Below, piece after piece: positions 18,080-26,148 of a stretch of DNA of 64,000 bases. The notes beneath the pieces are model-generated. The model was not told the DNA's origin, did not search any database, and was given only the letters and a program-made list of their open reading frames with translations. Each line of letters starts with the position of its first letter. Position 1 is the stretch's first letter. This DNA comes from Ignavibacteriota bacterium (GTDB lineage: Bacteria; Bacteroidota; Ignavibacteria; UBA10030; UBA6906), in assembly GCA_003158475.1 (NCBI GenBank), contig PMJR01000078.1:15459-79458 (forward strand), given 5' to 3'. The position numbers were made by a program, and so were the translations under genes.

Positions 18080-20092
18080 TCAGGACTTGATGTTGAGGGA
18101 GGCGCTCTGGCCGCTCATCCGGGCGATCGCCTCATCGGCGTCGGCAGCACTGTCAGGCGTCCGGAATTGCGGAACCAGCTTCGAGAAGAGCCGGGAGACG
18201 ATGTTCTCCGAACCCTGATGGGCAGCTTCGATGATCGTGGTGACGTCCATGGCCAGGGAATCCTCGTAGCCGGGGATCCCGCTCACGATATGCTGGTGGA
18301 TGCTCACTGTTCCATCACCCATGGAGACCGGGACATCGTGATCCATTCTGCCGTACGAGACCATGATCTTGTCGTGGCTGGTGCGTTCGATCCTGTCCTC
18401 CTTATAGAAGAGCTCTTCAAACATCTTTTCGCCCGGCCTCAGACCCGTAAACACAATATCGATGTCGCGCCCTTCCTCGAGCCCGTTAAGACGGATCATG
18501 TCCCGCGCGAGCTCGACCACGGGGATCTGCTCGCCCATATCCAGAACGAACGTCTCTCCCCCCGTCCCCATCGTGGCCGCCTGGAGCACCAGCTGGACCG
18601 CCTCGGGGATTGTCATGAAATAGCGCTTCACTTCCGGGTGCGTGACCGTGATCGGTCCACCCATTTCGATCTGGCGTTTGAACACCGGAACAACGCTGCC
18701 GCTGCTTCCCAGGACGTTGCCGAACCTGACAACGACGAACGTTTTCCCCACGCGCTTGGCGGCATCCTGCACGATGAGCTCCGCGATGCGCTTTGAGACA
18801 CCCATCACGCTTGTCGGATTGACGGCCTTGTCGCTGGAGATCATCACGAACCTCTGGACCGCGTGGCGTTCCGACAGCTCGACGAGATTGCGCGTTCCAA
18901 GGACGTTGTTTGTCACCGCCTCCGAAATGTTGACCTCCATCAGCGGGACATGCTTGTGCGCCGCCGCGTGAAAGATCACGTTCGGTTTGTACTGAGCGAA
19001 GACGCTGTCCATCCTCTCCTTGTCCCTGATATCGGCAATGACCGTGCGGATGGACACGCCCCTCTTGGAGTGTTCCGTGAGCTCCTGTGCAATCCTGAAG
19101 ATCGAATTCTCGCCGTGACCGACAAGAATAAGTTCCCCCGGGCCGAACTCCTTGATCTGTCTGCAGATTTCGGACCCGATCGATCCCCCCGCACCGGTGA
19201 CCATCACATGCGCTTCGTGGAGCAGCGCGACGACACTCTTGGTGTCGGTCTTCACGGGGCCGCGGCGCAGAAGGTCTTCGAGCTGAATATTCCGGAACTG
19301 ATCGACGCGCGCCGTGCCGCGGAGGATCTCGAACAGAGCGGGGACGATCTTGCTCGTCACGCCGTGTTCCTTGCACACCTGGACGACCTCACGCACCTTC
19401 TTCCCCGATGCCGCCGGCATCGCGATGATCACCTGCTGTGCATGGTGCAGCTTCAGCAGCGCCGGGAACTCCTTCAGCGTCCCGAGCACGGGGACGCCAT
19501 GGATGCTCTTCCCCACCTTCTCGAGGTTGTCGTCGATGTACCCGACGGGGAGAAGGCCGAGATGCCGGTTGACCTGCAGCTCTTTGACGATCATGGCACC
19601 TGCGACGCCGGCGCCGACGATCAGGGCGGGCTTCATCGAAACACCTTCCTCCGATCGGGTCTGCCACGACTGTACGAGGCGGATGCTGAAGCGCATCGCC
19701 CCGACGAGGAGCATGCTGACAAGGCCGTCAAGCACGGGGAGCGAGCGGGGGAATCCGTAGGGGATGATCCCGACGGGAGTGAAGACCACAAAGAAGAGGA
19801 TGACCTCGACGATGGCGGCCAGAATCGTGGCGCGGAGGAGCGTAGTGAGTTCCTGTACGCTCGCATACCGCCAGTACTGGGCATACAGGCCCGTCACATA
19901 GAATATGGCGAGCTTGCACATCCCGTCCAGCACCATGAAGGCCACCAGAGTGCTGATATACAGACGAAGTTCGTGAAGGCTCTCAGTACGGATGAAAAAA
20001 GAGATCCAGGGTGCAAGAGAGATCAACAGGATATCAACGACCAGCAGGTCGCGGTTTCTCAGCCTGGAGAGCATCTCTAATCGCTTCTTCAT
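18080..20092 (-). CDS. Membrane-anchored nucleotide-sugar 4,6-dehydratase (CapD/WbpM/PglF family)
   Basis: Four N-terminal TM helices, first Rossmann LIVGAGVAGAMIV, second VMVTGAGGSIGSEICRQI, then SSDKAVNPTSVMGVSKR. The start is either GTG at 20095 or ATG at 20092, and both overlap the upstream stop (GTGATG). Confidence 0.9.
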   Translation of the reverse strand: MKKRLEMLSRLRNRDLLVVDILLISLAPWISFFIRTESLHELRLYISTLVAFMVLDGMCKLAIFYVTGLYAQYWRYASVQELTTLLRATILAAIVEVILFFVVFTPVGIIPYGFPRSLPVLDGLVSMLLVGAMRFSIRLVQSWQTRSEEGVSMKPALIVGAGVAGAMIVKELQVNRHLGLLPVGYIDDNLEKVGKSIHGVPVLGTLKEFPALLKLHHAQQVIIAMPAASGKKVREVVQVCKEHGVTSKIVPALFEILRGTARVDQFRNIQLEDLLRRGPVKTDTKSVVALLHEAHVMVTGAGGSIGSEICRQIKEFGPGELILVGHGENSIFRIAQELTEHSKRGVSIRTVIADIRDKERMDSVFAQYKPNVIFHAAAHKHVPLMEVNISEAVTNNVLGTRNLVELSERHAVQRFVMISSDKAVNPTSVMGVSKRIAELIVQDAAKRVGKTFVVVRFGNVLGSSGSVVPVFKRQIEMGGPITVTHPEVKRYFMTIPEAVQLVLQAATMGTGGETFVLDMGEQIPVVELARDMIRLNGLEEGRDIDIVFTGLRPGEKMFEELFYKEDRIERTSHDKIMVSYGRMDHDVPVSMGDGTVSIHQHIVSGIPGYEDSLAMDVTTIIEAAHQGSENIVSRLFSKLVPQFRTPDSAADADEAIARMSGQSASLNIKS

Positions 20093-20763
20093 CACCGGAT
20101 TCCCCCGATAGTTCGTAGAATGACGACCAGGTCCGACCGCACCGTCCGCCGGGTGAGGTAGGCAAGGTCCATCGTCAGTTTGTGCGGTAGAATCTTCTCG
20201 AGATAGAGCGTTTCCGTGTCCCCTCCCCCCAGCAACTCCTCTTCGTTCCTGTAACGAAGGGATGCGGGGCTGGTGATGCCGGGACGAAATCTAAGGATCT
20301 CCCGCTGTTCAGGAGTATACCGTGCAACGAACGCGGGGTTCTCCGGCCGCGCCCCCACGAGGCTCATGTCTCCCTTAACTACATTCAGGAGCTGAGGAAG
20401 TTCGTCAAGTTTGTATGCACGGAGAATGCGACCCGCGGGCGTGACGCGCTGATCCCCCCTGACCGTCAATCCGCCCCCCATCGTGTCGGCTCCCTGCACC
20501 ATGCTCCGGAACTTGTATATGGAAAAGAGCCTTCCCCCGACCCCCACTCGCATCGACCGGTAGAACACCGGTCCACCATCCTGGAGCTTCACCGCAGCCC
20601 CGATGACAAGAAAAACCGGGGTCAACAGAAGAAGTCCCAGGCTCGCGGCCAGGATATCGACAATGCGCTGCGAGAACGCACGTTGGACAGTATACGGAAT
20701 TCGGCCGCCTCCCCCAGAGATATGCTCAAACATCGCCATTTTCGCCGGAGGAAATTGTGACAT
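20092..20763 (-). CDS. Small (PglC/WecA-unrelated, Bac_transf) phosphoglycosyl transferase, second initiating enzyme
   Basis: QRIVDILAASLGLLLLTPVFLVIGAAVKL, GGPVFYRSMRVGVGGRLFSIYKFRSM, GDQRVTPAGRILRAYKLDELPQLLNVVKGDMSLVGARPE, RPGITSPASL. The track start at 20793 is a GTG. The first ATG is at 20763, so the start is uncertain. Confidence 0.9.
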   Translation of the reverse strand: MSQFPPAKMAMFEHISGGGGRIPYTVQRAFSQRIVDILAASLGLLLLTPVFLVIGAAVKLQDGGPVFYRSMRVGVGGRLFSIYKFRSMVQGADTMGGGLTVRGDQRVTPAGRILRAYKLDELPQLLNVVKGDMSLVGARPENPAFVARYTPEQREILRFRPGITSPASLRYRNEEELLGGGDTETLYLEKILPHKLTMDLAYLTRRTVRSDLVVILRTIGGIR

Positions 20764-20799
20764 GCGGCACCATGCAGCGCCCCGAAAACTCACAGGAAA

Positions 20800-21774
20800 T
20801 CAAAGATTTTGCTCTTCCTTCGACGGGCCGAGGAGTTCTTTGTACCATTCGACGGTCTTCCGGAGGCCGGCCCTGAAATCCACGGATGGAGCATAGCCCA
20901 GTTCGCTCGTTGCCAGACCGATCGCTGCAAACGAGTGCTTGATGTCCCCTGCGCGCGGTCCCTCGTACACCGGCTTCTGCGAGGTCCCCAGAATGCCGTT
21001 AATCTCGGCGACAAGCTGGTTCAAGGAGATCCTGTCATGGCAGGCGCAGTTCATTGCAAGCCCCTTCCTGCAGGGGGCACTGGCAGCCCGCAGATTCGCA
21101 TCGACGACATTGGCGACAAACGTAAAATCACGCGTCTGTTCACCGTCACCGTAGATCACGGGCTGCCGGTCGCTCAGAATCGCCTTTATGAATTTCGGGA
21201 TCACGGCGGAATACTGGGACGCGGGATCCTGCCGCGGACCGAATACATTGAAGTACCTGAGCGCCACCGTTTCGAGGCCGTAGAGGGTCGCAAACACCCT
21301 GCAGTAGTGCTCCGCTGCCAGCTTTGACACAGCGTAGGGTGACTGGGGGTTAGGGGTCATCCCTTCATGTTTCGGGAGTTCCGGCGTATCCCCGTAGACA
21401 GACGATGAGGAGGCGTACACGACACGTTTCACGCCGGCCTGCTTCGCCGCATACAGGATGTTCAACGTCCCGTCGACGTTGACGGCATTGGATGAGATGG
21501 GATCGCGCACGGACCGGGGCACGGAGGGGAGCGCAGCCTCGTGAAACACCACGTCAATTCCTTCGACCGCCTCGCGCACCGTGTGATAACTTCTGATGTC
21601 GCCTTCGACAAGCTCGATCTCCCCCCCGAGACCGCTGAGATTGTCCCGCTTCCCCGTGGAGAGGTTGTCGATCACGCGGACGCGATGCGCGCCTTTTACA
21701 AGTGCTTCGACAAGATTGGATCCGATAAACCCGGCGCCTCCCGAAACCAGTGCGTGCATGTGATTTCCCCGCAT
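20800..21774 (-). CDS. SDR-family NAD-dependent nucleotide-sugar epimerase (WbpP/TviC-like)
   Basis: ALVSGGAGFIGSNLVEAL, VIDNLSTGKRDNL, ASSSSVYGD, SPYAVSKLAAEHY and RYFNVFGPRQDP are typical of the UDP-GlcNAc(A)/UDP-GlcA 4-epimerase clade. Confidence 0.85.
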   Translation of the reverse strand: MRGNHMHALVSGGAGFIGSNLVEALVKGAHRVRVIDNLSTGKRDNLSGLGGEIELVEGDIRSYHTVREAVEGIDVVFHEAALPSVPRSVRDPISSNAVNVDGTLNILYAAKQAGVKRVVYASSSSVYGDTPELPKHEGMTPNPQSPYAVSKLAAEHYCRVFATLYGLETVALRYFNVFGPRQDPASQYSAVIPKFIKAILSDRQPVIYGDGEQTRDFTFVANVVDANLRAASAPCRKGLAMNCACHDRISLNQLVAEINGILGTSQKPVYEGPRAGDIKHSFAAIGLATSELGYAPSVDFRAGLRKTVEWYKELLGPSKEEQNL

Positions 21775-21812
21775 TCGTGATTGAACTGCCCGATACTCCG
21801 TCGATGCCCCGC

Positions 21813-22973
21813 CTAGCGGCGGCTCGACACAACAATCGCCCTGACGGCATCGACGACACTCTGAACGTCGTCACCGCTCATCTTCGAAAAAATGGGGAGA
21901 GAGACCTCGCGCATATACTCCCGGTATGCGACAGGCAGATCCTCAGGCCGGTACCCGAACGTGTCGCGGTAATACGGGTGAATGTGGAGCGGAATGAAGT
22001 GGACGCTCGCCCCGATGTTCCTTTTTTTCAGCTCCTCCATGAACTCCGCACGGTTGATCCGCAGCCGGTCCAGGTTCAGCCTGAGCATGTAGAGGTGCCA
22101 CGCGTGTTGCGCATCGTCCCGGTCACCCGGGATCTGGAGCTCCCCGGCACCGGAAAATGCGGCATTGTAGGCCTGTGCGATCTCACGGCGCCGTTCGTAC
22201 ATGGTGCGGGCTTTCCGGAGCTGGGCAATTCCCATCGCGGCCGCAACGTCGGTCATGTTGTATTTGTAGCCCGGCGCGATGATCTCGTAGTACCAGGACC
22301 CTTCCGCCGTGTAGCGTTTCCACGCGTCCTTGCTGATCCCGTGGAGGGCCATGATCCTGCAGCGTTCCGCGAGCGTGTCGGTCTCGGTGCAGATCATTCC
22401 CCCTTCGCCCGTCGTGATTGTCTTTGTCGCGTAAAAACTGAAACAGGTGACGTCGCTGAGCGTACCGACGAGCCGCCCCCTGTAGGTCGACGGAAATGCA
22501 TGCGCCGCATCCTCGATCACCGGGATGCCGCGGCGCCGGGCTATCTCGTGCAGCGGATCCAGGTCCGCCGGCAGCCCCGCAATGTGCACCGGCATGATGG
22601 CCCTGGTCCGGGCCGTTACGGCCGCTTCGATGAGCGACGGATCGATGTTGAAGAACCGGGGTTCGATATCGACAAGCACGGGACGGGCGTCGAAATACCT
22701 GATCACCTCCGCCGTGGCCGCAAACGTGTACGGGGTAGTGATCACCTCGTCCCCCTGTTTCAACCCGATGGCCTCCAGGGCGAGATGCATGGCCGCGGTG
22801 CACGAATTGACGGCAATGGCGTGTTTCGCCCCGACAACCGCGGCGAATGCGGATTCGAACTGCTTCGTCTTCGGACCCGTTGTCACCCAGCCGGAGTTCA
22901 GCGCCTCGCGGATTTCAGCCAGCTCGGACTCGTCCAGGTCGGGAAGCGCGAAGGGAAGAAAATTCTCTCTCAT
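21813..22973 (-). CDS. DegT/DnrJ/EryC1/StrS family sugar aminotransferase (2 of 3; PglE/PseC/ArnB-like)
   Basis: [50 protein letters not shown], and [15 protein letters not shown] containing the PLP lysine. Confidence 0.9.
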   Translation of the reverse strand: MRENFLPFALPDLDESELAEIREALNSGWVTTGPKTKQFESAFAAVVGAKHAIAVNSCTAAMHLALEAIGLKQGDEVITTPYTFAATAEVIRYFDARPVLVDIEPRFFNIDPSLIEAAVTARTRAIMPVHIAGLPADLDPLHEIARRRGIPVIEDAAHAFPSTYRGRLVGTLSDVTCFSFYATKTITTGEGGMICTETDTLAERCRIMALHGISKDAWKRYTAEGSWYYEIIAPGYKYNMTDVAAAMGIAQLRKARTMYERRREIAQAYNAAFSGAGELQIPGDRDDAQHAWHLYMLRLNLDRLRINRAEFMEELKKRNIGASVHFIPLHIHPYYRDTFGYRPEDLPVAYREYMREVSLPIFSKMSGDDVQSVVDAVRAIVVSSRR

Positions 22974-22979
22974 CGTCAG

Positions 22980-24035
22980 TCAGGTGATGTGTGGGGAAAA
23001 GGATTGAACGGACTCTCCGCCCCTCCAGCGGTTGCGGAACTTCGCCAGCCCTGAGAGGAAACCCAGCCCGTATGACACGTGGAGGGTGGCGAATGCCACC
23101 ACGAGAAGCGGCACCATCGAGAGGCTTTCCTTCCGGGCCGTCAGGAATCCTGCGCAGAGGTTGGCCGCACAGTACGATCCGGCCACGAACCCCAGCGCCC
23201 ACACCCCCCCCGGTCCCCACGGGGCGGCAAGGAGCGCGAGAGCCAGCAAGGCAACAAATGCCGCCGGGACAAACTGGCGCAACTTCATCTGGCGGGGATG
23301 CTTCTGCAAGACGCGGACCTTCCAGTAACCGTACTGGAAGTACTGCCGCCACAGCGACCCGATCGAGCTCCTGCTGTAGTACTCAGACCTGACATCGGCA
23401 GCCAGGAGGAGCCTCGCGCCAAGTTTCCGGAGCCTGTAGTTGTATTCGTCGTCCTGGTTGCGGACCAGCTCTTCGTCATAGGGACCGGCCCGTTCGACGA
23501 TCGAGCGCGTGTACGCAGGGAAGGGGACCGTGTCGGCGAGCATTGTCCTGTCACTCATCGTCCTGAACGCGGAACCCCCGACGCCGAAGGGAGAGCTCAT
23601 CGCAAGCGCTATCACGCGGGCCGTCCTGGTCCCCCCCATTGTCCGGACGGGCCCGCCGACGCCGTCGACATGGTCCGTGCGTATATGGTCGACGCAGCGC
23701 CTGACATAATCCGGCGCAATCTTGCAATGGCCGTCAACGCGGACGATGATCTCCCCCTTTGTTTCTGCAAGAGCGACATTCATTCCTTTCGGGACGATCT
23801 TTCCCGGGTTCTCCAGCAGGCGCAGGGGGATTCGCCGTCCCTGATACGACCGGATGATACCGGGGGTCGAATCGGTCGACATCCCGTCCACGATGAATAC
23901 CTCCAGGCGGTCGGGGGGATAGTCCTGCTCCATGACGGCGTCGAGGCACTCCGTGATGAACTTCCCCTCGTTCCGGACCGGCATGATGACGCTCACGAAG
24001 GGAAGGAGCGCATCGGGATCCGCAGTCCGGCTCAT
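22980..24035 (-). CDS. GT2 glycosyltransferase with C-terminal TM helices
   Basis: FVSVIMPVRNEGKFITECLDAVMEQDYP, VFIVDGMSTDST, VRVDGH and QDDEYNYRL, followed by 3 TM helices. The track ORF runs to 24227. ATG at 24033-24035 forms an ATGA overlap with the upstream stop. Confidence 0.85.
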   Translation of the reverse strand: MSRTADPDALLPFVSVIMPVRNEGKFITECLDAVMEQDYPPDRLEVFIVDGMSTDSTPGIIRSYQGRRIPLRLLENPGKIVPKGMNVALAETKGEIIVRVDGHCKIAPDYVRRCVDHIRTDHVDGVGGPVRTMGGTRTARVIALAMSSPFGVGGSAFRTMSDRTMLADTVPFPAYTRSIVERAGPYDEELVRNQDDEYNYRLRKLGARLLLAADVRSEYYSRSSIGSLWRQYFQYGYWKVRVLQKHPRQMKLRQFVPAAFVALLALALLAAPWGPGGVWALGFVAGSYCAANLCAGFLTARKESLSMVPLLVVAFATLHVSYGLGFLSGLAKFRNRWRGGESVQSFSPHIT

Positions 24036-24832
24036 GACTGTCCTCCCCGCGCGATGATAAATCTCCTGACTTTCAGGTAGCTCTCGCCGCCGACAAACTT
24101 GGCGGTCTTCTTCGCGTTCCAGAGGAGCGTCTGCCGCAGCCGCGGAGGGAACCTGCCGGACGCGATGGCGGCGACAGCAGAAGGAGACGTCCCCCGCAAA
24201 ACAGAATACCGGCCGACGACAAGGCATCCGTCCACATCGTGCAGCCGCGACGTGGGCTCCGAGGTAAACAGCGTGCGGATCCCCGACGCCGACGCCGTCC
24301 GGGCGACGACGGGGGAATAATACCCGCCGGGAACCGATGCCACGTCCACCTGTTCGCCGAGCATATCAGAGAGTATGAGGACGCTCTTCGTCCACTCATC
24401 CCTCTGCGCCTCCGGTGTGAGGAGGGACATCCGCTCCGGATGAGTGCAGGAATGACTTCCGACGACATGACCGCGCCGCCTCAATTCGCGCACTCCCTCC
24501 TTGTCCAGAAACCCGTTCGTCCCGATGCGGCCGACGGTAATCAGAAAATGTCCCCCCCAGCCGTACCGGCCGAGGAGGTCGGCGGCCGCAAGCGCGCCGG
24601 CTCCTCCGTCGTCAAAGGTCAGGATAAGGGGGATCGGGCCGGAGGATTTCGCCCCGAGTGTCCGCGCGTCCGCGAGCACCGGCGCGTGCACCTCGGCGAT
24701 CGCACTCAGGTGGCGGCCGAACTCTTCGGCGTCGAGCTTGTAGCGGGCCGCCGTCGGGCCCGGGAACCCGCTCGCGTCCGGCGGCGAGCCGGCCCCGATC
24801 ACGTCATGATAGCCGAGCGCAATCGTTTTCAC
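24032..24832 (-). CDS. Polysaccharide deacetylase (NodB homology domain) 1 of 3
   Basis: LTFDDGGAGAL and GHVVGSHSCTHP (NodB metal/catalytic motifs). The GTG start forms a GTGA overlap with the CapK-like stop. Confidence 0.8.
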   Translation of the reverse strand: MKTIALGYHDVIGAGSPPDASGFPGPTAARYKLDAEEFGRHLSAIAEVHAPVLADARTLGAKSSGPIPLILTFDDGGAGALAAADLLGRYGWGGHFLITVGRIGTNGFLDKEGVRELRRRGHVVGSHSCTHPERMSLLTPEAQRDEWTKSVLILSDMLGEQVDVASVPGGYYSPVVARTASASGIRTLFTSEPTSRLHDVDGCLVVGRYSVLRGTSPSAVAAIASGRFPPRLRQTLLWNAKKTAKFVGGESYLKVRRFIIARGGQS

Positions 24833-26148
24833 GGGTTCAACTCGGAATGGAAATGCTTGATCTTCCCGGAGGCCGGTCGCTCGATCGCCGGAACGCGCCT
24901 GATGGTGAGGTTGAGACCGGGCTCCAGGTAGCGATCCAGAATGCCGTGGATCAGATCCTCATCGTGCCGTTCCAGCGGTCGGTCGGTAACGACATCGAAC
25001 ACAAAATCCGCGAGGCCGGTCTGGTGAATCACGAATTCCTTGAGCACTCCCGAGGATTCCAGCACCCTCCGGGAGATGTAGTAGAACGTCATTCCCGCGG
25101 CACGTTTCCCGCTCGGGAGGAGTATCGTATCGTTGAGACGCCCCTCCAGTGATCCGAGCCGTTTTCTGACGTCCGGGCTGCCGGGAAGCGGGGAAACGAG
25201 CGTCCCCATGTCGCCGATCCTGTACCGTATGAACGGCATGGCCCTGTTCCGCAGGTCCGTGATCAGTATCGATCCCGGGCGTCCGTCCTCGAGCGGAGCC
25301 CCATCGTCACCCACGATCTCCAGCAGCAGGTTCTCCTCCGAGACGATCAGTTCCCCAGCGGGGTTCTCAAAGGCAATGACACCGACCTCCGAGGCGCCGT
25401 ACTCAACGGCCACCCTCACGCCCAGCCCCTGCGTCAGGATGGCGCGGTCTTCGGGAGTGCACATCTCGGAGGTCGCGATGCACAGGTGCAGCGACGGGCA
25501 CCATGCCTTCAGATCGATCCCGTTCCGGAGAAGATACCGGGCGAATATCACCAGCGAGTTCGTATAGCCGTACAGGTACTCAAACGAGGTATGTCTGAAC
25601 CTGCGGGCGAACCGCCCGAGCGCCTCGTCGGACAGGTCGAACACCGCCAGCCGTACCCTGTTCATCAGGACGTCCTTCAGCCGTTCCGCCAGATATTGAC
25701 GGCGATCCAGCGGTATCCCGTAGACGCGGGCCTGCCGGGATGCCAGCGTGATTCCGTGCCAGCCGAAGCGCTCCTTGATCAACGCCCAGCTGCAGGCATG
25801 AGAGAACTTGTCTTTCGCAAACGAAAACGGATGCCCCGAGGAGCCCGACGTGCTGGAGAGATACAGATCCCGGATGTTCATCCCGTCTGTGAGGATCGTG
25901 TGCATTGCCGCCTGGAAATCCGCCTTGGTCATTATCGGAAGGTCCTCCCATCTTTGCGGGAGGGATCCATGCAGTTTCGAGCGGTAGAGCGGATTGTTCG
26001 TATGATGAAACCGGGCAATTTCCCAGGCGGCCGCCCCCAGCCGGCGGCCGAACTCCTCGGGCGAGCAACCCGAGAGATCTCCGAGGACGCGGGAGGCGCC
26101 CCGGATATCGTATCCCCTGAACTGCATGTATCGCTCAAATCGGGACAT
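24829..26148 (-). CDS. Adenylate-forming enzyme, PaaK / coenzyme F390 synthetase-like (CapK-type)
   Basis: P-loop-like SSTSGSSGHPFSF, YGASEVGVIAFE, RYRIGDMG and a C-terminal GKIKHF-type lysine. This is the family pattern of phenylacetate-CoA-ligase-like enzymes found in capsule loci. Confidence 0.8.
   Translation of the reverse strand: MSRFERYMQFRGYDIRGASRVLGDLSGCSPEEFGRRLGAAAWEIARFHHTNNPLYRSKLHGSLPQRWEDLPIMTKADFQAAMHTILTDGMNIRDLYLSSTSGSSGHPFSFAKDKFSHACSWALIKERFGWHGITLASRQARVYGIPLDRRQYLAERLKDVLMNRVRLAVFDLSDEALGRFARRFRHTSFEYLYGYTNSLVIFARYLLRNGIDLKAWCPSLHLCIATSEMCTPEDRAILTQGLGVRVAVEYGASEVGVIAFENPAGELIVSEENLLLEIVGDDGAPLEDGRPGSILITDLRNRAMPFIRYRIGDMGTLVSPLPGSPDVRKRLGSLEGRLNDTILLPSGKRAAGMTFYYISRRVLESSGVLKEFVIHQTGLADFVFDVVTDRPLERHDEDLIHGILDRYLEPGLNLTIRRVPAIERPASGKIKHFHSELNP

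Noticed and set aside
18486-19376. Minus-strand alternative-frame ORFs nested in real genes, for example 18486-19376, 11195-11893, 22183-22803, 13305-13826, 42382-42960 and 58422-59186.
   Set aside because: They are out of frame inside confidently identified genes, Arg/Gly/Pro-rich, and have no motifs. They are treated as frame-shadow ORFs.
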